Positions 49,054 to 58,321 of a DNA stretch of 64,000 nt are shown here, in pieces. The DNA comes from an uncultured Lachnospiraceae bacterium (GTDB taxonomy: Bacteria > Bacillota > Clostridia > Lachnospirales > Lachnospiraceae): NCBI GenBank assembly GCA_910579275.1, contig CAJTTO010000003.1:90406-154405 (forward strand). The letters run 5' to 3'. The stretch's first letter is position 1, and every line of letters starts with the position of its first letter. The position numbers and the translations under genes are program-made. The notes beneath the pieces were generated by a model. It did not search any database. It was not told where the DNA came from and worked only from the letters and a program-made list of their open reading frames with translations.

Positions 49054-52000
49054 ATGGTTATTTACATGAATAAAAATAAGGAATTCTATACACTCGGAAT
49101 TGACATCGGTTCCACCACCGTAAAGGTCGCGATACTGGATGCCAAGCACAATCTTCTCTTTTCTGATTATCAGAGACATTACGCTAATATCCGCGAGACG
49201 CTCTCTTCCCTTTTACAGGATGCCTATACAAAGCTCGGAAACCTGACACTCCATCCTATGATTACCGGTTCCGGCGGTCTGACGCTTGCCAATCACCTTG
49301 GTGTGCCTTTCGTGCAGGAAGTTATCGCCGTATCTACATCTTTGCAGGAACTTGCTCCCAAGACGGATGTTGCCATCGAGCTTGGCGGCGAGGATGCCAA
49401 AATCATCTATTTTGAGGGTGGAAATGTAGAGCAGCGCATGAACGGTATCTGTGCAGGCGGTACCGGCTCTTTCATTGACCAGATGGCTTCCCTAATCCAG
49501 ACAGATGCCTCCGGTCTCAATGAATACGCGAAAAATTATAAATCATTATACACTATTGCAGCGCGCTGCGGCGTATTTGCAAAAACGGATATCCAGCCGC
49601 TGATCAATGAAGGCGCTACAAAAGAAGATTTGTCAGCCTCCATTTTTCAGGCTGTCGTAAACCAGACAATCAGCGGGCTTGCCTGCGGAAAGCCTATCCG
49701 TGGCCACGTCGCCTTTCTGGGAGGGCCGCTTCATTTCCTGTCAGAATTGAAAACCGCATTTATCCGCACCTTGAAGCTTGATGAGGAGCATATTATAGAT
49801 ACTGCAAACTCCCATCTGTTTGCAGCGATTGGCTCTGCCCTGAATGCAAAGGAAGCGGTTTCTTTTTTGATGTCTGAAATGGTTGATAAGCTTTCTTCCG
49901 ATATCAAAATGGAGTTTGAGGTTGCACGCATGGATCCCTTGTTCTCCGACGAAAAAGAATACGATAATTTCCGTACAAGGCATGATTCCCATCATGTAAA
50001 GAGCGCAAAGCTTGCGGATTATCACGGAAAATGTTTTCTGGGAATTGATGCAGGCTCCACCACGACAAAGATTGCCGTCGTTGCTGAGGACGGAACACTT
50101 CTGTACTCATTTTACAGCAGCAACAACGGAAGTCCCCTCAAAACTGCGATTTCATCCATTCAGGAAATATACCAGACGCTTCCAAGCGATGCCGCCATTG
50201 TGCACTCCTGCTCAACAGGTTACGGCGAAGCATTGTTCAAGGCTGCGTTTATGCTTGATGAGGGCGAAGTGGAAACCGTCGCACACTACTACGCCGCTGC
50301 GTTTTTCAATCCAGATGTCGACTGCATTATTGACATCGGCGGTCAGGACATGAAATGCATCAAAATAAAAAATCAGACTGTTGACTCCGTACAGCTCAAC
50401 GAGGCATGTTCATCAGGATGCGGCTCCTTTATCGAGACGTTTGCAAAATCGCTAAATTACAGTGTACAGGATTTTGCCACGGCAGCACTTTTTGCAAAGC
50501 ATCCGATTGACCTCGGAACACGCTGTACCGTTTTTATGAATTCAAAAGTAAAACAGGCACAGAAGGAAGGTGCAGAGGTATCCGACATCTCTGCCGGTCT
50601 TGCCTACTCTGTCATCAAGAATGCCCTGTTCAAGGTTATCAAGGTTTCTGATGCAAGTGAACTCGGAAAAAATATTGTCGTACAGGGCGGGACATTTTAC
50701 AACGATGCAGTTCTCCGCAGTTTTGAAAAAATAGCCGACTGTGAAGTTATCAGACCCGACATTGCCGGTATTATGGGCGCGTTTGGTGCAGCCCTTATCG
50801 CAAGGGAACGCTACCAGTCTGCGCCGGAAAGCTCGACAACCATGCTCTCAATTGACCAGATAAACGCGCTTGCCTTTACCACTTCACTTGTAAAGTGCAA
50901 AGGCTGCACGAACTCCTGCCGCCTGACGGTCAACAAGTTCTCGGATGGCAGAAGCTACATATCCGGAAACCGCTGTGAGCGCGGGCTTGGAAAGGCAAAG
51001 ACAGACAGTTCCGTTCCAAATCTCTTTGAATACAAACAAGAGAGAATGTTCTCCTACGAACCGCTCTCTGACGCAGAGGCAGTGCGCGGACGCGTCGGTA
51101 TTCCAAGAGTATTGAATATGTATGAGAACTATCCATTCTGGTTCACGCTGTTCACAAAGCTGAAATATCAGGTTGTACTCTCTCCTTTGTCCAACAGAAA
51201 GATTTATGAGATGGGTATTGAATCCATCCCCAGCGAGTCGGAATGTTATCCTGCAAAGCTTGCGCACGGACATGTGGAATGGCTGATTCAGCAGAAAGTT
51301 GATTTTATCTTCTACCCTGCACTGTTTTATGAGCGAAATGAGTTTGATGATGCAAACAACCACTACAACTGCCCCATTGTTACCTCCTATTCCGAAAATA
51401 TAAAAAATAATGTGGAGGCAATCGGACGCGGTGAGGTTGTATTCAAAAATCCCTTTATGTCATTCAGGGAGCCGTCCCTCATCCTGCAGTCGCTGGCAAA
51501 AGAGTTTCCCGATATTCCTTCCGCAGAGTTAAAGGACGCTGTGGACGCAGCGTGGGAGGAACTTGCCAATGTGCGCAGGGATATGTGTAAAAAAGGCGAG
51601 GAAGTTATCGCATACCTTGAAAAAAATCATGCGCGCGGTATTGTGCTTGCAGGCCGCCCTTACCATATTGACCCTGAAATTAACCACGGTATTCCTGAGT
51701 TAATTACTTCCTATGGAATTGCAGTCCTCACCGAGGATTCCGTATCCCATCTGGCAAAACCGGAGCGTCCGCTTATTGTGTCAGACCAGTGGATGTACCA
51801 TTCCAGACTTTACGCAGCCGCAAGCTATGTCAAAACGCGTGACGATTTGGACTTGATTCAGCTCAACTCTTTTGGATGTGGTCTGGATGCCGTCACTACG
51901 GATCAGGTAAGTGATATCCTGACCGGTTCCGGCAAGATTTATACATGTCTGAAAATTGACGAAGTAAACAACCTTGGCGCTGCAAGAATCCGTATCCGTT

Positions 52001-53451
52001 CCCTGCTCTCCGCCATCCATGTGCGCGAGCGGCGTCATCAGGAACGCACCATACAGTCCAGCCGCATGGACAGGGTAGTCTTCACAAAAGAAATGCGCAA
52101 AAACTATACCATTTTGTGTCCCCAGATGTCACCAATACATTTTGACCTTCTGGAGCCTACCTTCCGAAGATGTGGTTACAATCTGGTTGTGTTAAACAAT
52201 GACAACAAGGGCAGCGTTGACATGGGGCTGAAATATGTAAACAATGACGCCTGCTACCCTTCCTTGTTGGTTGTCGGTCAGATTATGGAAGCTGTTCTTT
52301 CCGGAAAATACGATACAGACCACCTTGCGGTCGTAATGTCGCAGACCGGCGGCGGCTGCCGTGCAACCAACTATATCGGCTTTATTCGGCGTGCACTAGA
52401 AAAAGCAGGTTACCAGCATATTCCGGTCATTTCAATTAATCTCTCAAAGCTGGAAAGCAATCCGGGATTCAAGCTCACGCCAATGCTTCTGCTACGCGCA
52501 GTATACGCAATTAATTTCGGGGATATCTTTATGCGGTGTGTCTACCGGATGCGCCCTTATGAGGCTGTTCTTGGCACTGTAAATGAAGTCCATCAGAAAT
52601 GGATTCAAAAATGCTGTGACTTCCTTGGACGCAAATATATGTCATTTCATACTTATAAAAAAATGTGCCGTGAAATGATTGCAGAATTTGATGCAATTCC
52701 CGTCCTTGATATCAAGAAACCGCGTGTCGGTGTTGTCGGTGAAATTCTCGTAAAATTCTCTCCGGCAGCAAACAATCAGCTTGTGGAACTCCTTGAACAC
52801 GAAGGCGCAGAAGCAGTCGTTCCTGACTTGATGGATTTTATGTTCTACTGTTTCTACAATCAGCTGTACAAGGCAGAGCATCTAGGTACCAGCAAAAAAG
52901 CCGCCGATATTTGTAAATTTGGCATCAAGACAATACAGATGCTCAGAAAGCCAATGAGCGAGGCATTTGCCGCAAGCAAACATTTCATTCCGCCTGCCGA
53001 CATCTATGAAACTGCTAAAAATGCAGAAGAAATTGTGTCTATCGGCAATCAGACCGGAGAAGGCTGGTTCCTGACAGGGGAAATGCTTGAGCTGATTCAT
53101 ACTGATACGCCAAACATTGTATGTACACAGCCCTTTGGCTGTCTGCCAAACCATGTGGTGGGCAAAGGCGTCATCAAAGAACTCCGCAAACGGCATCCCG
53201 AGGCGAATATCGTTGCCATTGACTACGACCCGGGAGCGTCCGAGGTCAATCAGCTGAACCGCATTAAACTGATGCTTTCCACTGCCCAGAAAAACCTGAA
53301 TAAAGCTTTGGAAGCCGAGAAAAATGCGGCAAAACAACAGAACCTGCATCAGGCTGAAAACACGGCAAAGACTGTTACAAACAAGAAAAAGCAGACCAAA
53401 GGCACCGCCGACAACAATAAAAAGCAAAACACAAGCAACAAATCAGCATAA
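49054..53451 (+). CDS. CoA-substrate-specific enzyme activase fusion (two BadF/HgdC ATPase domains + DUF2229 + dehydratase-like domains)
   Basis: GIDIGSTT/MNGICAGGTG and GIDAGSTT/LNEACSSGCG motifs; ECYPAK, NSFGCGLD and QPFGCLPNH. Confidence 0.9.
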   Translation: MVIYMNKNKEFYTLGIDIGSTTVKVAILDAKHNLLFSDYQRHYANIRETLSSLLQDAYTKLGNLTLHPMITGSGGLTLANHLGVPFVQEVIAVSTSLQELAPKTDVAIELGGEDAKIIYFEGGNVEQRMNGICAGGTGSFIDQMASLIQTDASGLNEYAKNYKSLYTIAARCGVFAKTDIQPLINEGATKEDLSASIFQAVVNQTISGLACGKPIRGHVAFLGGPLHFLSELKTAFIRTLKLDEEHIIDTANSHLFAAIGSALNAKEAVSFLMSEMVDKLSSDIKMEFEVARMDPLFSDEKEYDNFRTRHDSHHVKSAKLADYHGKCFLGIDAGSTTTKIAVVAEDGTLLYSFYSSNNGSPLKTAISSIQEIYQTLPSDAAIVHSCSTGYGEALFKAAFMLDEGEVETVAHYYAAAFFNPDVDCIIDIGGQDMKCIKIKNQTVDSVQLNEACSSGCGSFIETFAKSLNYSVQDFATAALFAKHPIDLGTRCTVFMNSKVKQAQKEGAEVSDISAGLAYSVIKNALFKVIKVSDASELGKNIVVQGGTFYNDAVLRSFEKIADCEVIRPDIAGIMGAFGAALIARERYQSAPESSTTMLSIDQINALAFTTSLVKCKGCTNSCRLTVNKFSDGRSYISGNRCERGLGKAKTDSSVPNLFEYKQERMFSYEPLSDAEAVRGRVGIPRVLNMYENYPFWFTLFTKLKYQVVLSPLSNRKIYEMGIESIPSESECYPAKLAHGHVEWLIQQKVDFIFYPALFYERNEFDDANNHYNCPIVTSYSENIKNNVEAIGRGEVVFKNPFMSFREPSLILQSLAKEFPDIPSAELKDAVDAAWEELANVRRDMCKKGEEVIAYLEKNHARGIVLAGRPYHIDPEINHGIPELITSYGIAVLTEDSVSHLAKPERPLIVSDQWMYHSRLYAAASYVKTRDDLDLIQLNSFGCGLDAVTTDQVSDILTGSGKIYTCLKIDEVNNLGAARIRIRSLLSAIHVRERRHQERTIQSSRMDRVVFTKEMRKNYTILCPQMSPIHFDLLEPTFRRCGYNLVVLNNDNKGSVDMGLKYVNNDACYPSLLVVGQIMEAVLSGKYDTDHLAVVMSQTGGGCRATNYIGFIRRALEKAGYQHIPVISINLSKLESNPGFKLTPMLLLRAVYAINFGDIFMRCVYRMRPYEAVLGTVNEVHQKWIQKCCDFLGRKYMSFHTYKKMCREMIAEFDAIPVLDIKKPRVGVVGEILVKFSPAANNQLVELLEHEGAEAVVPDLMDFMFYCFYNQLYKAEHLGTSKKAADICKFGIKTIQMLRKPMSEAFAASKHFIPPADIYETAKNAEEIVSIGNQTGEGWFLTGEMLELIHTDTPNIVCTQPFGCLPNHVVGKGVIKELRKRHPEANIVAIDYDPGASEVNQLNRIKLMLSTAQKNLNKALEAEKNAAKQQNLHQAENTAKTVTNKKKQTKGTADNNKKQNTSNKSA

Positions 53452-53468
53452 ATTTTCATACGCCTCTG

Positions 53469-53539
53469 GCAGCGTTGAGCGCAATAAAAAATACAGGTCT
53501 GAAATATCAGCCCTGTATTTTTATTGCGCTCAACGCTGC
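53469..53539. terminator. Long hairpin between convergent genes
   Basis: 28-bp stem with one bulge (GCAGCGTTGAGCGCAAT...ATTGCGCTCAACGCTGC) plus an inner CTGA/TCAG stem. Confidence 0.75.
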
Positions 53540-53895
53540 TTCTTTTTATACAAATTCTTCCATAACTGAAACTTGCGTTTTGCCTTGTTATATTTTTTGT
53601 CTTTCACAGCCAGAATGTGTATTTGATTGTCTGTCAGCTTTTTCTCCAGTGCTTGCACGACATAATCATCCACATTCTCCCTGCTTACCTCACTCTCGCT
53701 TGCCTTCAATGCGACGAGTTCCCTATCCGTGGAATCCTCCTCACAATTTGTACTTGACATACACTTAATCGAAATTTCTCCGGTTCCCCATCCCGAAGCT
53801 TCATAAGTGACCGTCCCTGACTCCATTAAATGCTTAATGGTACACGCAATGATAGATTCTCTTGTCCTCCCTGACTCTATAGAATCCACCTCCAA
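53530..53895 (-). CDS. Hypothetical protein
   Basis: 121-aa ORF filling the gap after asnS; GGAGGT SD present; start codon uncertain. Confidence 0.5.
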   Translation of the reverse strand: MEVDSIESGRTRESIIACTIKHLMESGTVTYEASGWGTGEISIKCMSSTNCEEDSTDRELVALKASESEVSRENVDDYVVQALEKKLTDNQIHILAVKDKKYNKAKRKFQLWKNLYKKKQR

Positions 53896-53922
53896 TCCTT
53901 ATATTTTAATTATACAGGCATA

Positions 53923-55305
53923 TTATAATTCACAGTTATTGACTGTTCTAGGGAATGGTATAACATCCCTGATATTGCCCATTCCTGTCAGATACATCAC
54001 ACAGCGCTCAAAGCCTAACCCAAAACCGGCGTGCCTTGCACTTCCATAGCGTCTCAAATCAAGATAGAAATCATAATCCTCAGGCTTCAGGCTGCATTCC
54101 TGCATTCTCTTTTCCAACACATCGAGTTTATCCTCTCTCTGGCTGCCGCCGATAATCTCTCCTATTCCCGGCACAAGGCAGTCCATCGCCGCAACCGTCT
54201 TCTGATCCGCATTCAGTTTCATGTAAAATGCTTTTATCTCCTTTGGATAATCCGTAACAAATACAGGTCTTCCAAAAAGCTGTTCTGTCAGGAAACGCTC
54301 ATGTTCTGTCTGTAAATCACATCCCCATGACACTTTGTACTCAAATTCATCATTGTGCTTTTCAAGCTCTGTAATGGCATCCGTATATGTGATATGCCCA
54401 AACTCAGAATTGGCCACATGCTGAAGTCTCTCAATCAGTCCCTTATCCACGAACTGGTTGAAAAACGCCATCTCCTCTGGAGCATTTTCCAGCACATAAT
54501 GAATGATGTATTTTAACATGCTTTCAGCAAGCATCATATCATCCTTGAGGTCAGCAAATGCAATTTCAGGCTCTATCATCCAAAATTCTGCCGCGTGACG
54601 TGTGGTGTTGGAATTTTCGGCACGGAATGTTGGTCCAAACGTGTAGATATTCTTAAATGCCATTGCATACGTCTCACCGTTCAGCTGACCGCTTACCGTC
54701 AAGTTGGTGGGTTTATTGAAGAAATCTTTTGCAAAGTCAACCTGACCGTCCACCATCGGAAGGTTCGTCAAGTCAAGTGTCGTTACCTGAAACATTTCAC
54801 CTGCACCCTCGCAGTCGCTTCCCGTAATGATTGGCGTATGCACATAGACAAAATCCCTCTCCTGAAAAAATTTGTGAATTGCATATGCGCAAAGCGAACG
54901 CACTCGGAAGACTGCCTGAAATGTGTTGGTACGCGGCCTCAAATGCGAAATCGTCCTGAGATACTCAAAACTGTGCCTTTTTTTCTGCAGTGGATAATCC
55001 GGTGCCGAGTCTCCTTCTATCCCAATGCAAGAAGCCTGTATTTCAAACGGCTGTTTTGCCTCGGGTGTAAGTGTCACAACGCCTGTTGCAATCACTGCCG
55101 CACCCACGTTGAGTTTTGAGATAGCCGAAAAATTATCCAGCGCATCACTGTATACAACCTGAAGCGGCTCAAAAAACGTACCGTCATTTATTACCAGAAA
55201 GCCAAATGTCTTGGAATCTCTTTTACTTCTGAGCCATCCTCCAACTGTTACCTCCTTATCCGCATACTCCTTATAATTATGATATAATTCGCGTATGTTT
55301 ATCAT
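53923..55305 (-). CDS. asnS: Asparagine--tRNA ligase
   Basis: [28 protein letters not shown] and GFGLGFER motifs. Confidence 0.97.
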   Translation of the reverse strand: MINIRELYHNYKEYADKEVTVGGWLRSKRDSKTFGFLVINDGTFFEPLQVVYSDALDNFSAISKLNVGAAVIATGVVTLTPEAKQPFEIQASCIGIEGDSAPDYPLQKKRHSFEYLRTISHLRPRTNTFQAVFRVRSLCAYAIHKFFQERDFVYVHTPIITGSDCEGAGEMFQVTTLDLTNLPMVDGQVDFAKDFFNKPTNLTVSGQLNGETYAMAFKNIYTFGPTFRAENSNTTRHAAEFWMIEPEIAFADLKDDMMLAESMLKYIIHYVLENAPEEMAFFNQFVDKGLIERLQHVANSEFGHITYTDAITELEKHNDEFEYKVSWGCDLQTEHERFLTEQLFGRPVFVTDYPKEIKAFYMKLNADQKTVAAMDCLVPGIGEIIGGSQREDKLDVLEKRMQECSLKPEDYDFYLDLRRYGSARHAGFGLGFERCVMYLTGMGNIRDVIPFPRTVNNCEL

Positions 55306-55402
55306 TTTGCTTTTCCTTTCCTTTTTCGTATTTGTTCATTCAATTTTAAATGGCAGAACCTGTGTCTGTCAACACACAAAAAGTCCATTCACTTTGCTTT
55401 CC

Positions 55403-55431
55403 ATTATACCCTTTTCAGGCTATGTACGCAA
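55403..55431 (-). promoter_or_regulatory. Sigma-A promoter of asnS
   Basis: TTGCGT, 17 nt, TATAAT. Confidence 0.65.
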
Positions 55432-55504
55432 TTGTGTTTGGACTTTTTATGAAAATTTTTGTTATTATTTTACAATTCCACTCAACCACGCTTTTGACTT
55501 CCGG

Positions 55505-55726
55505 CTACTGTGCCGTCTGCATCTGCGCAATCTGGATAATGTCAGATATCTCCATTCCGGATTTTTGTACAACCATCCTAAGCTCATTAAGCTCTTCCAT
55601 CTTCTGCATCTCTAATAGTTCGTTGAGCTCGTCTCTTTCCTTTTTTATTCTGGTGGACAATGCGTCAATCAGCTCTTCCTTCTGTGCTATTTTTTCCTGT
55701 AATGATTTTTTTACTCCTCTTGCCAT
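55505..55726 (-). CDS. Small coiled-coil protein (73 aa)
   Basis: AAGGAG SD; MARGVKKSLQEKIAQKEE... is heptad-rich. Confidence 0.75.
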   Translation of the reverse strand: MARGVKKSLQEKIAQKEELIDALSTRIKKERDELNELLEMQKMEELNELRMVVQKSGMEISDIIQIAQMQTAQ

Positions 55727-55830
55727 ACTTATTCTCCTTACCATAATACAATTTCTATAACAGACAGACTGTTATTTTCTTTATATGTATTAAATTATAT
55801 GGACAAGAAAGGAAAAATATTCATACTTTT

Positions 55831-57201
55831 CTATTTTCTGCTGCGACTTCTCTTTTCAAAAAAATGATCCACTTCCCGTTTTACGTCAGAAGGCTGTAAA
55901 GTCTTGGACAAATATCCTTCCGGTTTTAAATTAATGACTTTTTTCACACTCTCTCTGTCAACCCTGCTGGTCAGGAAAATAACAGGAATATCCGCGCATT
56001 CCTCCTCCGAGCGAATCATCTCCAAAACCTGCCCCCCATCACAGACTGGCATTTCATAGTCGAGCAAAACCAAATCCGGCCGATTCAATGTAATGGTTCT
56101 GATTGCAGACATACCGGATTTTGCAAGCACGACATTGTAATCGTTACAAAGCAAATCCTCCATTGTTTTCAGCATAAAGTCAGAATCATCTACCACAAGC
56201 ACAGTCTTTTTCTGACTAACTGCTTCCTGCTCCGCTTTTTTCTTATTCAGGTATCTCTCAACCTCAGTCATGGCATTATCTGCCAAAATTGCCGTTGCGC
56301 CTTCACCCTGTGTCATGTGCGGCGCAACCATGCAGTATGCAAAATACCCTTTGCCCGTATCAAACAAAAGACTGAACTGAGGCGTTTGTTTCTCAAATAC
56401 ATGCTGAAACTGCTCATAGGTCAATAATTGTTCTTCCTTAATCTCAAAAGATGCCGAATCAGGAAAATGCGCTCTAATTTGATCAACAAACTGCCGTGAA
56501 ATATAACGGGCTGCATTCATCAGCATCGTACTAAGTGCCTGCGTCTGACTGTCCATCATGCCGCCTACCGTAGCGAGAATCAGCCTTTCTTCAAAAATCA
56601 ATAAGAACTCCCACCTTTTGCCTTCCTTCGAGCTGTAGATCAAACGGTAATATACGCCGTCCCCAAATTTCTCTCCACCATAGCAATCGCTTACCAGCCG
56701 TGGCTCAAGACGAAACATATCATTCAATAGGCGATTAATCGTCTGCCCCATCGCCGCCTGCTCCTCTTCCGGAAGCAGATTTGCCCACTGGCTTACCGCC
56801 TCTTTCTCCACAATTGCATGATCTTCAATCAGGGTATGACCGATTAGCCAGCCTGCACAAACACCCAGAAAATGACTGATTGCTTCCTCCGAATACCCTG
56901 TCACCTCCAACTCCCTTTCCAGTGTCGGAAGCGTTCTTTCCCGAAAGTTTTTATGTATCCGTCTATGCATCTCGAAACCCGCATAATTGATGGAAAGCAT
57001 GTATGCTTCCTCCTCTGCAAAATGCTTCAATGCATGATCCCTGAAATACTTTACTGCCTCCTGACATACCCATTGGCTTTTATCTTCCTGCTTGCCAAAG
57101 TCAAAAAGCTTATTCAAAACGCTGAACAGCTTCTTATGCTCCTTATCAATTACTTCTACACCGATATTATAACGATTCTGCCAAACTAATTGATTACCCA
57201 T
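55831..57201 (-). CDS. Hemerythrin / CheX-like / receiver multidomain protein
   Basis: IDKEH, HFAEEE, HRRIH and WLIGHTLIED hemerythrin ligands; C-terminal REC with VVDD and LLDYEMP. Confidence 0.85.
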   Translation of the reverse strand: MGNQLVWQNRYNIGVEVIDKEHKKLFSVLNKLFDFGKQEDKSQWVCQEAVKYFRDHALKHFAEEEAYMLSINYAGFEMHRRIHKNFRERTLPTLERELEVTGYSEEAISHFLGVCAGWLIGHTLIEDHAIVEKEAVSQWANLLPEEEQAAMGQTINRLLNDMFRLEPRLVSDCYGGEKFGDGVYYRLIYSSKEGKRWEFLLIFEERLILATVGGMMDSQTQALSTMLMNAARYISRQFVDQIRAHFPDSASFEIKEEQLLTYEQFQHVFEKQTPQFSLLFDTGKGYFAYCMVAPHMTQGEGATAILADNAMTEVERYLNKKKAEQEAVSQKKTVLVVDDSDFMLKTMEDLLCNDYNVVLAKSGMSAIRTITLNRPDLVLLDYEMPVCDGGQVLEMIRSEEECADIPVIFLTSRVDRESVKKVINLKPEGYLSKTLQPSDVKREVDHFFEKRSRSRK

Positions 57202-57382
57202 ATAAATCTTCTCCTTTGTTATTTTATATTTGCATTTGATTACGCATATAAAATGCAATGGTTAAATCTATTATATCATACTTTAATAAAAATTGTTATA
57301 TATATTCGCCTAAAAGTAGGTAAAAAATAATTGAAAAAAAATACGCATTTATGACATTTTTCGCGCAAAATACAGTACTTTT

Positions 57383-58288
57383 CTACCACTCGTAGGGCGT
57401 CGCCTGATACACGTAGTAATTCAGCCAGTTTGTGTATAGATTGTTGCTATGTGAACGCCACTGCAGGTTTGGCTTTTGTGCCGCGTCATTATCGGGATAA
57501 TAATTTCTTGGTATATGTATCGGCAGTCCTTTCCCCAAATCCCTCTTATACTCTGCGTCAAGTGTATACCGGTCGTACTCCGGATGTCCATTGACAAATA
57601 TTTTTTTACCATTCTGCGCATATGCAAGAAAGACACCGGCTTCCTCAGATTCCGCAAGAACTGTAATCTTATCGCATTGGTGGATGTCAGCGGCCGGCGT
57701 CTCTGTGTGGCGGCTATGCGGTGCAAGGAAATAATCATCAAAACCGCGCACCAGTGGAACCTTTCTGTTCTGCACCTTATGCGAGTAAATTCCGAACAAC
57801 TTTTCGGAAAGCTTGCGTTTCTGGATACCATAATAATGATAAAATCCCGCCTGTGCCCCCCAGCAGATATGCAGCGTGGAGGTCACATGTTCCTCTGCCC
57901 AGTCCATAATTTCACACACTTCATCCCAGTAGTCAACTTCCTCAAAGGTGATATCCTCAACAGGCGCTCCGGTGATAATCAGTCCGTCAAAACGCTTTTG
58001 TTTTATTTCGTCAAACGTCGTGTAGAAACGGTTCAAATGATTCGCCGATGTATTTAGTGATATATGGCTCGCCACCATCAGGAACGTCACATCCACTTGC
58101 AGTGGTGTGTTGGACAGTGCCCGCAAGAGCTGTAATTCGGTGTCTTGCTTAACAGGCATCAGATTCAGTATGCAGACCTGCAATGGTCTGATATCCTGAT
58201 GCAATGCGCGGTTTTCATCCATCACAAAGATATTTTCATATTCCAATATCTCCTTTGCAGGCAGGTCACTCTGTACTTTAATAGGCAT
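57383..58288 (-). CDS. metA: Homoserine O-acyltransferase (MetA family, likely acetyltransferase)
   Basis: LNLMP, ITGAPVE, ICWGAQA, PHSRH and GHPEY motifs. Confidence 0.95.
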   Translation of the reverse strand: MPIKVQSDLPAKEILEYENIFVMDENRALHQDIRPLQVCILNLMPVKQDTELQLLRALSNTPLQVDVTFLMVASHISLNTSANHLNRFYTTFDEIKQKRFDGLIITGAPVEDITFEEVDYWDEVCEIMDWAEEHVTSTLHICWGAQAGFYHYYGIQKRKLSEKLFGIYSHKVQNRKVPLVRGFDDYFLAPHSRHTETPAADIHQCDKITVLAESEEAGVFLAYAQNGKKIFVNGHPEYDRYTLDAEYKRDLGKGLPIHIPRNYYPDNDAAQKPNLQWRSHSNNLYTNWLNYYVYQATPYEW

Positions 58289-58321
58289 TTCTTCACTCTC
58301 CTGTCAATTTCATTTATTTTC

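Noticed and set aside
53814..53880. Direct repeat TCCCTGACTCYAT, two copies
   Set aside because: Only two short copies inside an ORF; not a CRISPR array or iteron set.
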